From Candidatus Binatia bacterium (GTDB lineage Bacteria; Desulfobacterota; Binatia; Bin18), in the NCBI GenBank assembly GCA_963664395.2, contig OY761159.2:1536001-1600000 (forward strand): 64,000 nt of DNA. The letters run 5' to 3'. The notes under the pieces are model-generated. The model saw only the letters and a list, made by a program, of their open reading frames with translations. It ran no database searches and was not told where the DNA came from. The position numbers and the translations under genes were made by a program. Shown here piece after piece: positions 1 through 10,400 of this stretch. The first letter of the stretch is position 1. The number at the start of each line of letters is the position of its first letter.

Positions 1-695
1 GCTTCCACATTGGCTTGGCTCTGTGTATGAGTATCGGCCTTTTTCCTTATGTCAGTATGGTCAGTTGGCTCGTCTTTGTGCCGAGCCTGGTGTGGGAGCG
101 CGGTTCCCTACCTTCACTACATTCGCTTCGGCCTGCCCGATTCTCTCAGGCATTGGCAGCATTCTTCCTGGTGTATGTTCTGTTGTGGAATCTGCGTGGT
201 CTTGAAGCCACCTCGCCATACGTGCGTCAGATTTTTCCGCCGTACGCCAACCTTGTCGGCTATCTCCTGCGCCTCGACCAGTATTGGAATATGTTTTCTC
301 CGTATCCACCCAAGGCGGATGGCTGGTTCGTCATGCCTGGAACGCTGAAGGATGGTCATCGGGTCGAGCTATGGACGGGCGAGCGCGTGGTGAGTTGGGA
401 GAAGCCTTCGAATATCTCCGCCCTATACCCTAATGATCGGTGGTGGAAATTCATGGAAAATATCTATCCTGGGCAGAGGGAAAGAGAAGCCGCGCTTGAC
501 GCTTATGCTCGCTATCTGTGTCGGGATTGGAACACTCGCCATAGCGGCCAGGGGCAACTCGAAACGTTCCGGATTTTTTTCATGCAGGAAACAACCCTGC
601 CCAATTATCAAGACATTCAGCCTGAGAAGAAGCTGCTGGGGACACACTCGTGCTCGGTAAACAACTCCCGGGCAACATCGAGCAAGGCCCTCTGA
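1..695 (+). CDS. HTTM (vitamin K-dependent carboxylase-like) membrane protein, C-terminal part; begins upstream of the window
   Basis: Hydrophobic helices followed by LDQYWNMFSPYP...WEKP...YPNDRWWKF, typical of HTTM-family C-termini; the frame is open to the window edge. Confidence 0.7.
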   Translation, partial: FHIGLALCMSIGLFPYVSMVSWLVFVPSLVWERGSLPSLHSLRPARFSQALAAFFLVYVLLWNLRGLEATSPYVRQIFPPYANLVGYLLRLDQYWNMFSPYPPKADGWFVMPGTLKDGHRVELWTGERVVSWEKPSNISALYPNDRWWKFMENIYPGQREREAALDAYARYLCRDWNTRHSGQGQLETFRIFFMQETTLPNYQDIQPEKKLLGTHSCSVNNSRATSSKAL

Positions 696-766
696 GTCTT
701 TTGAGACTGTTCGGCTTTTGATGGTGCGCCCCCCTCACCAAGTCTGTCCGAACCATCAAGCGCTCA

Positions 767-1771
767 TTGACATGCAATCAAGCGGAACCGGATGGCAACC
801 GTTTTACGCTGCCCGGCCTTGAAATCGGGCTGGAATCGCTCAGCCCCCAGTATACGCAGATGACCAAGGAGGAAATCGGCCAGCGCATTGCCGAACTGCA
901 ACAACAGCGGCAGGACTTAGCCGCCCAGGCTGAAACGGCCAGAGCGCTTGACAAAGCCCGCGCCCACAAGACAGAGCTAGAAAAGAACGTCCGCGCTATT
1001 GAGCAGACACTGACGGATTACGACCAACTCGGCAAACTCCAGTCTGACGCTGGTCAACGTACTGAGGAGTTGATACTGACCCAGCGTCAGTTGAAGGACG
1101 TGGACACTGACGTAGCAAACGCCGATAAAAACGCGGACAACTTGCGCCAGAAGCGGGATGACGTCAGTCTGGCTCTCAGCAAGCTCACAGACCAGCACCG
1201 TGATATTGATCAGCGGCGTAACCAGCGGGGGGATGACGACGCACAGTTCGGCTACCTTTGCCAGTTGCCCCATCATCGCTGGCTGGCTGATCCGGGCTTT
1301 GAGCTGGAACAACTGGCCGAACGCTTGCTGCACTACCAGCGCGACTGTCACAATCTTGGCAACCTAGATCGCCAGTTACATACTCTGCTGGCCGACCTGC
1401 ATACCGACGGACTGACCAAGTACCAGTACAGCGATGGTGAGGAAAGCGAGATCAGCCGCATTATCGACTTTAGTCACCAGTTGCCCCAGGAAGCTGAGGC
1501 CCTGGACAAAAAAGCCCGGAGTGCCGTCGTCAACGTGACCGCCTGTTTGCGCGAGCTGCGCGACGGCTTGCGCACCTTGAAAAGCCGGATGCGGGACTTC
1601 AACCGGCTCATCAGTTCTCGTCAGCTGTCCGATCTGAAGGTATTCAAAATTGAACCTCGGGACGAAACCCGCCTGTCAGTAAAGATATGCCTGCCCGTGC
1701 CGCCAATATCGCACGCCAACGCAACAGCAAAAGCGCCGGACACCAGCACTCGTGTTATTACCTCCTACTGA
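767..1771 (+). pseudogene. Internal coiled-coil fragment of an Mks/Wadjet (JetC-like) SMC subunit
   Basis: RFTLPGLEI...KARSAVVNVTACLRELRDGLRTLKSRMRDFNRLISSRQLSDLKVFKI resembles the distal arm of Pseudomonas-type Mks SMC proteins; no Walker A or B; resemblance ends near 1675. Confidence 0.65.
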
Positions 1772-2313
1772 AGGCAATTGATGACAGTGCAAACTGGAAA
1801 AACGAGCAAGAAGGGACCCTCGCTGTGGCTGACTCAACAGTTCGCTATGGTGCTGCGGCCCTGGCCATTGCGCCACACGATAGCTGGCAGAGTCAGGCTC
1901 CGCTGTGGCTGGTAGAGAACCAGGCGCTGTTCGACCGGCTCGACTGGTTACCGACCGGCAGTGGTGGTTCCATCGCCTATTATGGTGGCCAGTTGAACAG
2001 CCTGTTGCTCAACTGGCTGGCCGACAGACCTCGGGCCAGTCAAATCATTCTGTTCCCCGATTACGATGGTGTGGGGCTGATGAACTACGCCCGCTTACGT
2101 GAGCGCGTAGCCTGCCATTTCTGGTTGATGCCCCACTGGCAGGAGAGATTACAACGATGCGGCAATGCGGCGCTGTGGCAGGCGACCCGGAAAGACTTTC
2201 GTGCCACAGCCGAACGTATCCTGCACCTGACTCCCCCGGCACATTTGCGTGCGCTGCTCAACGCCATGCAGACAGTAGGGCTGGCACTCGAGCAGGCCGT
2301 GTGGCTGGAGTGA
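1687..2313 (+). pseudogene. JetD/MksG-like Toprim nuclease, probably 5'-truncated
   Basis: Toprim motifs LWLVENQALF (conserved E) and LFPDYDGVG (DxD), with C-terminal LEQ; directly follows the SMC fragment; short for the family. Confidence 0.65.
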
Positions 2314-2496
2314 TCTCATGCGTTTTCAAAGGGGAATTATGTAATTCTCTTCAGGATGAGATGAAGGTATTTTACCTTCCCTTTAATACGACTCCTTAGG
2401 CCGGACTGGAGATTAGCCGAGCCGCCTTGTGGGTTGGGCTTGCGCAGGCTGGGGGAGCCTTGCTGGTCCCTTGAAACGTCCATTATCGACGTTCTG

Positions 2497-2533
2497 GTTC
2501 AGTCCAAAGCTCCGCTTGTGAGGGGCTTGAAAC
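2497..2533 (+). CRISPR. Solitary CRISPR-like direct repeat (no array)
   Basis: GTTCAGTCCAAAGCTCCGCTTGTGAGGGGCTTGAAAC: 37 nt, GTT start, TTGAAAC end, 3' stem AAGCTCC/GGGGCTT; only one copy found. Confidence 0.4.
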
Positions 2534-2632
2534 ATGCTACATTGATGTGAGAAAGAAATCGACGGAGAGCAGGGCTTTAGGGGTCGAGATCAAGGAAGCC
2601 TACGGGGATTCAGGGAGCGGAAGATAGGATTC

Positions 2633-2778
2633 ATGGCAAGCGAAGTGTACGACGCCTTGATTGATCGGAAGCCAAGGCCAGAGCCGCGGCCGAGATCATT
2701 CCGATCAGCAATGAGTTGGCGGCCAAGGCGGACATCGCTGAAATCAAGGTTTTCGTGATGAAGCCCGGGATTGGGTGA
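2633..2778 (+). pseudogene. Frameshifted small DUF1640/CCDC90-like protein remnant
   Basis: MASEVYDALID in one frame continues as SEAKARAAAEIIPISNELAAKADIAEIK in another. Confidence 0.5.
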
Positions 2779-2815
2779 TCCCCTAGAGGGTGTGATGCTT
2801 TCCGGCATCTGAATT

Positions 2816-3991
2816 TCACAACAATTCACGCTTATACACGCTAATCGCCCGTCTTCGTTTGGGTGCATAGGCGTGCCATTTCGTTGCCGGGACTGCGTCC
2901 GGCGGGACTTGGCGAAAATCAAACCGTTCAAAAAATCGCCGCGCGCCCTCCTGATTCGTACAGGCGAAGAGATAGGAAAGACTGCGTTCCTGTCCTTCGG
3001 TGATAGCTTTCCGAACGAGGCGGCTTCCAATCCCTTCGCCGTGGAACCGCCTGAGTGTGTAGAGCCCGGCTATTTCTGCTGCATTGTCGGCAGTATACGG
3101 CAAGAGAGCACAAAACCCGACGAGGTCGCGCTCTGTACCAAGCCGCGCACCATAGCCGTGCAGCAGCAATTGACTGACCTCGCGGGAGGGCCGTTTTTTG
3201 AGAGCCCCTTCCTGTTCGCCGCGCTCTATGAGCCTCTCGGCTTCGGAGAAATCGTCAAGGGCTAGGCGTTCTGCCTGACAGTAGTCTGTCAGAGTAAAAA
3301 ATGTCCCACACCCTTCGTAGGTAAAAAGCTCTTTTGCCAGGCTCGCCGGCGAACACAGCGAGACTGAAGCGACTCCACCCTCCAAGGCTAAGCGCGCTGT
3401 CTCAAGTTGCAAGCGCCGCGCTTGAGATGTCTCACTGCTCGCGCCACGAGCCGGCAACTCCGCCAGCAACTCTTGCAGGTTTGAACCGTTCAGAAAGGAT
3501 AACGGCTCTCCGCTCGCGGTTAATCCACCCTGCCGGTCAAGGAGAACGAGCTTATAGACTTTGAGGCGATTCGATAGCCGCCGCGCGCCCTGAGGGGCTC
3601 CTGCCTGGGCGGGCCAGAGCCCCATGAAAACGGGAACCGTACGCAGGGTTTCCAGAATGCTCAGACACATCTGGTCTTCATCCGCCTCAGGCAACAGGGT
3701 TACGGGGGCAGAGATGTTGTCCAGCACTTGAGACAACTGCGTGTGCAAGATCTCAATAGCCCGACGTTCTGCTATGGATGCACTTGTTTCCACGAGCAGG
3801 ATCGCTCGGGTTTCATTCAACCCAAGCGCGCACAGGACCTCCCGGACCACGTCCCGGTCCCTGGGCGCTGTAATATCTTTCGCCCGCAGAGCGAACAGCA
3901 GGCTCTTCCCCCGAAATTCCTTGAGGTAGAAATCCTTCTCCGCGGCCGAAAACTTCTCTGTACCTGAAAAACAGGGGGGAGTAGTTTTCAT
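2816..3991 (-). CDS. argA: N-acetylglutamate synthase-like protein (amino-acid kinase domain + GNAT)
   Basis: FYLKEFRGKSLL, ELFTYEGCGT, and GNAT motif AEIAGLYTLRRFHGEGIGSRLV; ATGA overlap with the addA stop. Confidence 0.7.
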   Translation of the reverse strand: MKTTPPCFSGTEKFSAAEKDFYLKEFRGKSLLFALRAKDITAPRDRDVVREVLCALGLNETRAILLVETSASIAERRAIEILHTQLSQVLDNISAPVTLLPEADEDQMCLSILETLRTVPVFMGLWPAQAGAPQGARRLSNRLKVYKLVLLDRQGGLTASGEPLSFLNGSNLQELLAELPARGASSETSQARRLQLETARLALEGGVASVSLCSPASLAKELFTYEGCGTFFTLTDYCQAERLALDDFSEAERLIERGEQEGALKKRPSREVSQLLLHGYGARLGTERDLVGFCALLPYTADNAAEIAGLYTLRRFHGEGIGSRLVRKAITEGQERSLSYLFACTNQEGARRFFERFDFRQVPPDAVPATKWHAYAPKRRRAISVYKRELL

Positions 3992-6900
3992 TTTTGTTCC
4001 AGCAACTGTTCTTGGACAGAGCCCTTCCCATGACCCTCCCATCGAACGCAAATCTCCTGCTGTCGATTAACCAGAAAAAGGAGCAACTCCTGCACAGGAA
4101 ACGGAGTCAATTGCTCAAGGGCCAGCGCGCCGGGTCCAAGCATTTCATAAGTCAAATCATGTTCTTTCCCGGAGAGGTATGCCTCGCCCAGGAAAAAATC
4201 AGCAATAAACCATTTCTCACCTTCGAGAAATGCCAGTGGAATCCTGCCTGTGAGGACACTCGGACCGGAATGGAGCGCAAATACCTCATTCACAAGGCAT
4301 TTCGGGGCAACCTGCATACGTGGCCAGATCGCGGCTCGTGCAATATACTGCTGCACATCGTCAGTGAAAGGGCCGCCTGAAGCATGCATGTATTTCGCAG
4401 ATGATTGCACTTGTAGAGGCACTCCCAGGTCTTTTTCCTGCCTCAGCTGTAATGCCGTCTGAGTAATAAGGCGGTCTAATTGGGCTTGTTGGGCTTGTTG
4501 GGCTTGCCGCCACGATACGTTCTCCCGACGAATCACCCTTTGCGTTTGCCTCTTCCGCCGCCCTTTGGCAATGAGGCGGCGTCTTTCCGTTATCCAGACG
4601 ATATCGGCGATATCGGCGATATCGGAATACTGAGCGGCATCTCTCTCCAATCCTGAAGATACTGGAGATACTGAAAATATGGGTGGTTCAGGTACGGCAG
4701 AGGCAGCCTCCTTTTCCTGGAATCCGGCCGGGTCAGGCAAGACTTGAGGCTGGTCCGGTCGGCTGGGAGCTATAATCACGCCATGCTGAGCGGTATGCCG
4801 CGTTTCGGCTGAGATAGCGCGCAGGACAGTATGCAACACGGTGTCTCCTTTTTTCGCGTCGGATGGCGGGTGCAGAGGAAACACGACATACTCCCGAGCG
4901 CGCGTTGCCGCCACATACCATAAGCGTCTTTCCTCAGCAGCTTCCCGATTGCGTTCTCGGACCTCAGCCTCCTGCCAGCCAAGTGTACAACAATTCAGGT
5001 TGCGTGGGCCAACGTGGAGCTCAAGACGAGCATCTTTCCGGCTCACCAGGCCCATACGGGTCAGGCGGTTGGACTGCGCTCCGGACTCCGCCACAATGAC
5101 AAGCGGAAATTCCAATCCTTTGGCCTTGTGGATTGTCAGTACGTGGAGCGCGTCGTGCAGGTCATCAAGAGTATTATCCTGTTCCGCCGCAAGTTGTCCT
5201 TGCCCGGACTCGGCAAGGGACTCGCCAAGCTCGGACTCATCAAGAGCGGACGTGAGCAGGCGGTCCAAAAAGTCGGTGGAGAAGTCTCCCGCATCTCCGT
5301 CGGAAATCCCGCGTAGCGCTTCAACAAGTTGGAGCAAGTGTCGGACCCGCTGCGGCCCATGCGGACGCTGGGCAAACAGCAGGAGTAACGGCGTGTGGGT
5401 ATATATCTCAGAGAGCAGAGAAGAAAGTCCGGCACCAGCGCCCTGTGCGCTTTGCGCAGTATGGGACTGGTGTAAGGTTCGCAGCAGAGCAAAAGCGGCA
5501 TGGAAACGGTCAGCACAGGCAAGCTGTGCTGGCACTCTGCCGCTGAGATAGTCGAATGCTCCGCCTGCACAGCGAAATTGCGCCAGCTCTTCGTCTGAAA
5601 AGCCGAACAGTGCTGAGCGCAAGGTGGCAACCATGGCGGTGGCGTCAGCCGGGTGGAGCAGCGTCCGTACACACGCCTGAATATCTGTCTGCTCCTGACT
5701 TGACGCAACACGCCGAGTGCCCGTACTCCGGTACGGGATCTGTGCGTCCCGTAAAGCTCTTTCATATATCTCCACGCTTCGATTCGTCCGGCAGAGTATA
5801 GCCATATCGCTATACGTCAGGGGCTGACCTCCTTGTGTAGCCAGTGTCTTGTGTTCAACGATCTCACGGATAAATCGCACGGTACAGCGCGCTTCGGTGT
5901 TCCGGCGCACGTTCAGGTTCACTTGGTTCACTTGGTTCGCCTGATTCGCCTGTTCGTGTGGCTCCGATTGGGGCAGGTCTAAGAGAAAAACAGTCGGCCC
6001 CTCTTGTCCTTCTTGGTCCTCACTGCTCACGGCCCGCAAGGGCAGATAGCCTGGCTGGTCCGGGTCGTCCACATTGTCCAGGACACGGGAAAAGGTGTCG
6101 TTCATCCACTTCACCAACGCGGCACGCATCCGAAAATTCGTCGAGAGGGCGAGGATTTGGCCCTGGCGTCGAATAGCCGAGCGCAGCAGGTGATAGATTT
6201 CGAGATCAGCCCGACGAAAGCGATAAATGGACTGTTGGGGATCACCCACCAGAAACAGTTTCCCGGCTCGAAGCGCGACCTGCGTCCAGCCATCGGCCTG
6301 GGGTTGGTCCTCGGCGAGGAAGAACAGAATTTCGGCCTGTAGGGGATCGGTATCCTGGACTTCATCAACCAGCAGGAAATCGAATTTCTGTTGAAAATAG
6401 CGCCGCAGTTCGCGGTTCTGCTTGAGCCCATTACGCATCAGCACAAGCAGGTCCAGAAAATCGAGGCAGCCCTGTTGCTGCTTTTTTGCCTGATACGCCC
6501 GAAGATATCCGCCCAGCCAGCCAGCCAGTCCAACCGTCAGATCGTGCAGCCAGGCCGCTCGGGCCTTGAGGTGGAGATCCTTTATCTGCGTGAGGAGCGT
6601 TCGGGCTTCGTGGAGCGCAGCAGTCGGCTGCCAGTTCGTCTGTCTCCCTTTTCGAGGCTGAACCGTCAGGCGGTGGAACAGGAAATGCTGCCACGCCGCC
6701 TCATTGTCCTGATAGTCGGCCGTCGGAACGATATCGATCAGGCTGGTGATTTGCTCGAACGCATTGTCTGTAGCGTCTTGGCAACAGTCCTGCAAAGTCG
6801 TGAGCCGGGCCACAGCCGCGTGTATCTCGGCACAGTATATTGGGATACGCGAGGCGACTGAGGCCGGCAGCCATGCCATGCAGTCGCGCTGTTCAACCAA

Positions 6901-7467
6901 AAAATCACACAGAGATTTCAAATGGGACACTGAGAGACCGGCTCGAAACGCCCGGCGTATCAGGTCCGAGCTGGCATTCAGACCTTGCAGCTCTTGCGTG
7001 AGCCAGGCGTGCCAGACTTGGTCGTGCAGCAGGCCTGTCTGGGCCTGGTTTAAGACCGTAAAGGCCGGGTCCAGTCCGACCTCCAGCGCTCGTTCACGTA
7101 AGAGCGCAGCGCACAACGCGTGTATGGTCATCACCATCGCCCGATCAAGCTGAGGCAGCACAGACTGTAAGGCTGTCCGCTCTGCCTCAGGCAGGGACGT
7201 TTGGAGCGCAGACTCAACGGTCGTGCGCAGCCGCGTCCGGAGCTCAGCCGCGGCTTTCTCCGTAAAGGTGATGACAGCAACCCGGCTCAGCGGACTCCGA
7301 CCGGTGCGCAGCAGTGCCAGCAACCGGCTCAGCAACAGTTGCGTCTTGCCTGTTCCCGCCCCGGCTTCAAGCAGAAATGTGGTCTGAAAATCTGAGACAA
7401 CGCACTGCTGAGCCAAGTTGTCCGAGGGGTTGTCCGAGGGGTTGTCCAAGAGGGCAGATGGGGTCAT
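3988..7467 (-). CDS. addA: AddA/RecB-type UvrD helicase
   Basis: EAGAGTGKT, ITFTEKAAAEL, LVDEVQDTD, VGDPQQSIYRFR, LTIHKAKGLEF, RLWYVAATRA; ATGA overlap with addB. Confidence 0.9.
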   Translation of the reverse strand: MTPSALLDNPSDNPSDNLAQQCVVSDFQTTFLLEAGAGTGKTQLLLSRLLALLRTGRSPLSRVAVITFTEKAAAELRTRLRTTVESALQTSLPEAERTALQSVLPQLDRAMVMTIHALCAALLRERALEVGLDPAFTVLNQAQTGLLHDQVWHAWLTQELQGLNASSDLIRRAFRAGLSVSHLKSLCDFLVEQRDCMAWLPASVASRIPIYCAEIHAAVARLTTLQDCCQDATDNAFEQITSLIDIVPTADYQDNEAAWQHFLFHRLTVQPRKGRQTNWQPTAALHEARTLLTQIKDLHLKARAAWLHDLTVGLAGWLGGYLRAYQAKKQQQGCLDFLDLLVLMRNGLKQNRELRRYFQQKFDFLLVDEVQDTDPLQAEILFFLAEDQPQADGWTQVALRAGKLFLVGDPQQSIYRFRRADLEIYHLLRSAIRRQGQILALSTNFRMRAALVKWMNDTFSRVLDNVDDPDQPGYLPLRAVSSEDQEGQEGPTVFLLDLPQSEPHEQANQANQVNQVNLNVRRNTEARCTVRFIREIVEHKTLATQGGQPLTYSDMAILCRTNRSVEIYERALRDAQIPYRSTGTRRVASSQEQTDIQACVRTLLHPADATAMVATLRSALFGFSDEELAQFRCAGGAFDYLSGRVPAQLACADRFHAAFALLRTLHQSHTAQSAQGAGAGLSSLLSEIYTHTPLLLLFAQRPHGPQRVRHLLQLVEALRGISDGDAGDFSTDFLDRLLTSALDESELGESLAESGQGQLAAEQDNTLDDLHDALHVLTIHKAKGLEFPLVIVAESGAQSNRLTRMGLVSRKDARLELHVGPRNLNCCTLGWQEAEVRERNREAAEERRLWYVAATRAREYVVFPLHPPSDAKKGDTVLHTVLRAISAETRHTAQHGVIIAPSRPDQPQVLPDPAGFQEKEAASAVPEPPIFSVSPVSSGLERDAAQYSDIADIADIVWITERRRLIAKGRRKRQTQRVIRRENVSWRQAQQAQQAQLDRLITQTALQLRQEKDLGVPLQVQSSAKYMHASGGPFTDDVQQYIARAAIWPRMQVAPKCLVNEVFALHSGPSVLTGRIPLAFLEGEKWFIADFFLGEAYLSGKEHDLTYEMLGPGALALEQLTPFPVQELLLFLVNRQQEICVRWEGHGKGSVQEQLLEQK
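7419..7447. repeat. 12-bp in-frame tandem repeat (DNPS) at the AddA N-terminus
   Basis: GTTGTCCGAGGG about 2.5 times. Confidence 0.8.
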
Positions 7468-10400
7468 GCCTGTGACCGTACCCAGCGCCATGCGGTTGTG
7501 TGGGGGTCTTGCAGTTTCTGTTCAGCCCATTCAGGGCCATGCGGGTGACAGATTCCGGGAAATGCGCACGACAGACATGCATCAGCAACGGGAAAGAACA
7601 GACCGGAAGTCATGCCTTCGGCCAGGCGTGTGAGTATCGTCCGGAGCGTTCCCAGCGTTGCCGCTAATGTCTCTGCGGTCAAGGACTTTTTGTCATGCTG
7701 AGCAGTCCCGTCAACACTCGTGTACTCCGCACAGACCCAGTGGAGGTCCGGTCGGAGATACTGGGCAGCGTAGAGATAGAGGGCCAATTGGAGCGCCGTT
7801 CCACCGGCAAAGCCCCAAGATGGTATCCGGCCTGTTTTATAGTCAAGAATGCGCGCGGCGTTGTGTTCAGCCGAGACATCGACCCGGTCAATCCGCCCGC
7901 GGAGTTGGACCTCTTCCCCTGTATCGAGGAGAAAGGGGGCGGAGTGGATAGGGAAAAATTCCGCGGCCGTCTTTTCCGTCTCCTCGGCCCCGATACCAAA
8001 AAACACCTCAAAAGCCTCCGGACGGAAATCTCGTGCAGTCTGGCGTTCTCGCTGGAGAAAGGCGTGCAAGCGCCGCGTCAGGTGTTCACGCTCAAGCTCC
8101 CAGAGCAGGGGCAGCCCAACTGGCCGTGTCTGCGCAAACACGGCAAAATGCTCCTCCGCTATCTGGGTGATCTGGGTAAGCAGGCGCCGCTCATCATCAA
8201 CCGGAAGCGTGGACAGGGACAATTGGTCAGTCTGCCGGAGACGGGAGAAAAAATCGTACAGGATAGCATGCACCAACACACCACGATCACGCGGGAGGAG
8301 GGCAAAAATCTGTTCCGGCTCTTCCCACGGTTTGAGATCAAGCACTGTCTCCAGAAAATAGCGAAACGGACAGCGCGCATAGGTTTCGAGGCGGCTGGCG
8401 GACAAACGCAGCCCATGCGGGAAGAGGTGCTGACGCAGCGTGTTCTTGACGGCCTCCGCTTGCATACATCCATCAAAGGCCGTGAGTTGCGGGCTGTCCC
8501 AACGCTGCGCTATCGCCCGAGCGGCGGGAGCAAAAAACGGCAACGTCTGGAGTCCGGCGTGAATCGCTGGGAGAGAGGAGCCATTTTCGACGTGACGGGC
8601 AGGGGCAGAAGCATAGGCCAGGTGAAATTCCAGAGCGTCCACCGCATGCCGAGCGCCTTGTGCATGTACTCCAGCCGTTGCAGGCGTTGGTATTCCAGCT
8701 ATCCAGCGACTCCGGTGTTTCAGATCGACAAGCGTCGCCTGACGGCCACACAGCACACTGACCGTATGTAAGAGAAGCAGCGCGGGAGGACGCGGCAGAC
8801 CGTGTATGCTGCGTGGGTAGGTCAGACATAACACCTCTTGCGCACTTTGGGTCGCCAACGTGAAAAGCAGTTGTTCGCGTTCGGCAACCAGGCGGCGTGC
8901 AGGCACGTCCGTCGTCAGCACTTCGGCAAGGTGCTGGCGCTCGGCATCGGACAAAATAGGGTCACGAGACGGGAGGCTCGGCCCGGACTCTTCCGCAAGT
9001 CCGGGCATGATGACAGCTCGAAAGCGCAGGCCATACGCGTGTGCCAAATCGCCGAGAAAGACTCCGCTCGTCTGCGATTTCCTGGGTCGAACTTTTGCCC
9101 GGGAGAGGAGGGCAAGAACAGCCCCGGCCCATTCCTCAGCGCGCCCTGTCTCATCCGATAGAAAAAGCGGAGAGAGACTCCGCAGAGTCTCCTCAATGTC
9201 CGGACTAGGCTGACCTGCACCTTCCCGGTCCAGTGCCTCGTCACTCCAAGATATATGACTGGAGATATCACTGGAGATGTCACTGGAGATGTCACTGGAG
9301 ATGTCACTGGAGATGTCACAAGAGGTGTTACAAGAAATATCTCTGGACACGTAGTCTCTATACAGCCGCAGGAAGTGTTCAACCCAGCCTCCCCAGGTCT
9401 GTTGGTCTCGAACCATTTTTACGTCAGTCAGAAAACGCGCCATAAATCTGACAAACAAACGGAGCAAACGGAGGGAGTCCGCCGCCTGCCCGGCCACTGC
9501 GTTTTGGTAGCGTGCTTCAAGCGCGGCGAGTCGAACGCGCCATTCCTGGCCGCCGCGCCCTATGCCGGCCTCCAGACAGAGGGCTTCCCACTGGGCGATA
9601 TGCGCCTCTGAAACGGTTGCACCAATAAGGTCCTGAAACGGGGGGTGGGCACGCCATAGGAAGGCAAAAAGACGCTGCCGCGGACAGTCTTCAGACACGA
9701 TATGACACAACGCTTGCACGGCTTTCCCCAGCCGCGTGGCAAGCAACGGCTGCTCCTCAACGGATGTACACGGAATCCCAAGGCGGGAGAGCGTCTCCAG
9801 CAGCAGCGGGCCATAGGTTTTCGACTCGTTGAGAAGTACGCCAATCTCGTCAAACGTGTAGTCCTGCTCTCGAACAAGCGAAAAGATCACCCGTGCAATT
9901 TCACGCGCCTCCTGGGTTTGATCCGGTGCGGAAATGATTTGAAGAGAGGTATCCGGAGAAGTATCCGGAGAGGTATCCGGAGAGGTATCCGGAGAAGTAT
10001 CCGGAGAGGTATCCGGAGAAGTGTCTTGGAGAGTCGAAACAGGACGCGGGCCCGTCTGAGCCGGTGCTTCCCCCTCCCAGGCCCGCTCAAAAAGCCGTGT
10101 TTGTACCTGAGAGAGATCACAGCCTGGGGCCGGCGAACGGGCTAATGGAGAAGACTGAAAACCCCGCCCGTTGAGCCAGCTCAATACGGGAGTCACCGTC
10201 TCGTATGCCGAGCCGGGCCGCCAGGGAAGAAAGACGAGGGCATCACCCTGAGTGAAAATCGCTTCCAAAAAACGACGCTGCCGGGCGGTATACTCAGTAC
10301 AACCATACACAAGCAGCGGCCCATCCCACACCGACGTTGTAGACTGGCCACTTGCGGGTGTGAACAGACCGGCGTCATCAACGAGGTGCCGTTCGTCCAA

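Noticed and set aside
2534-2615. Possible second degenerate CRISPR repeat (GTCGAGATCAAGG...GGGGATTC) forming a mini-array
   Set aside because: Similarity to the 37-mer is weak and the implied spacer of about 45-49 nt is atypical; not called as an array.
7695-8771. 358-aa plus-strand ORF
   Set aside because: Antisense shadow of addB with no motifs; such ORFs are common in GC-rich DNA.
9258-10020. Tandem repeats as CRISPR arrays
   Set aside because: They are head-to-tail 12-bp units with no spacers, lying in frame within addB.
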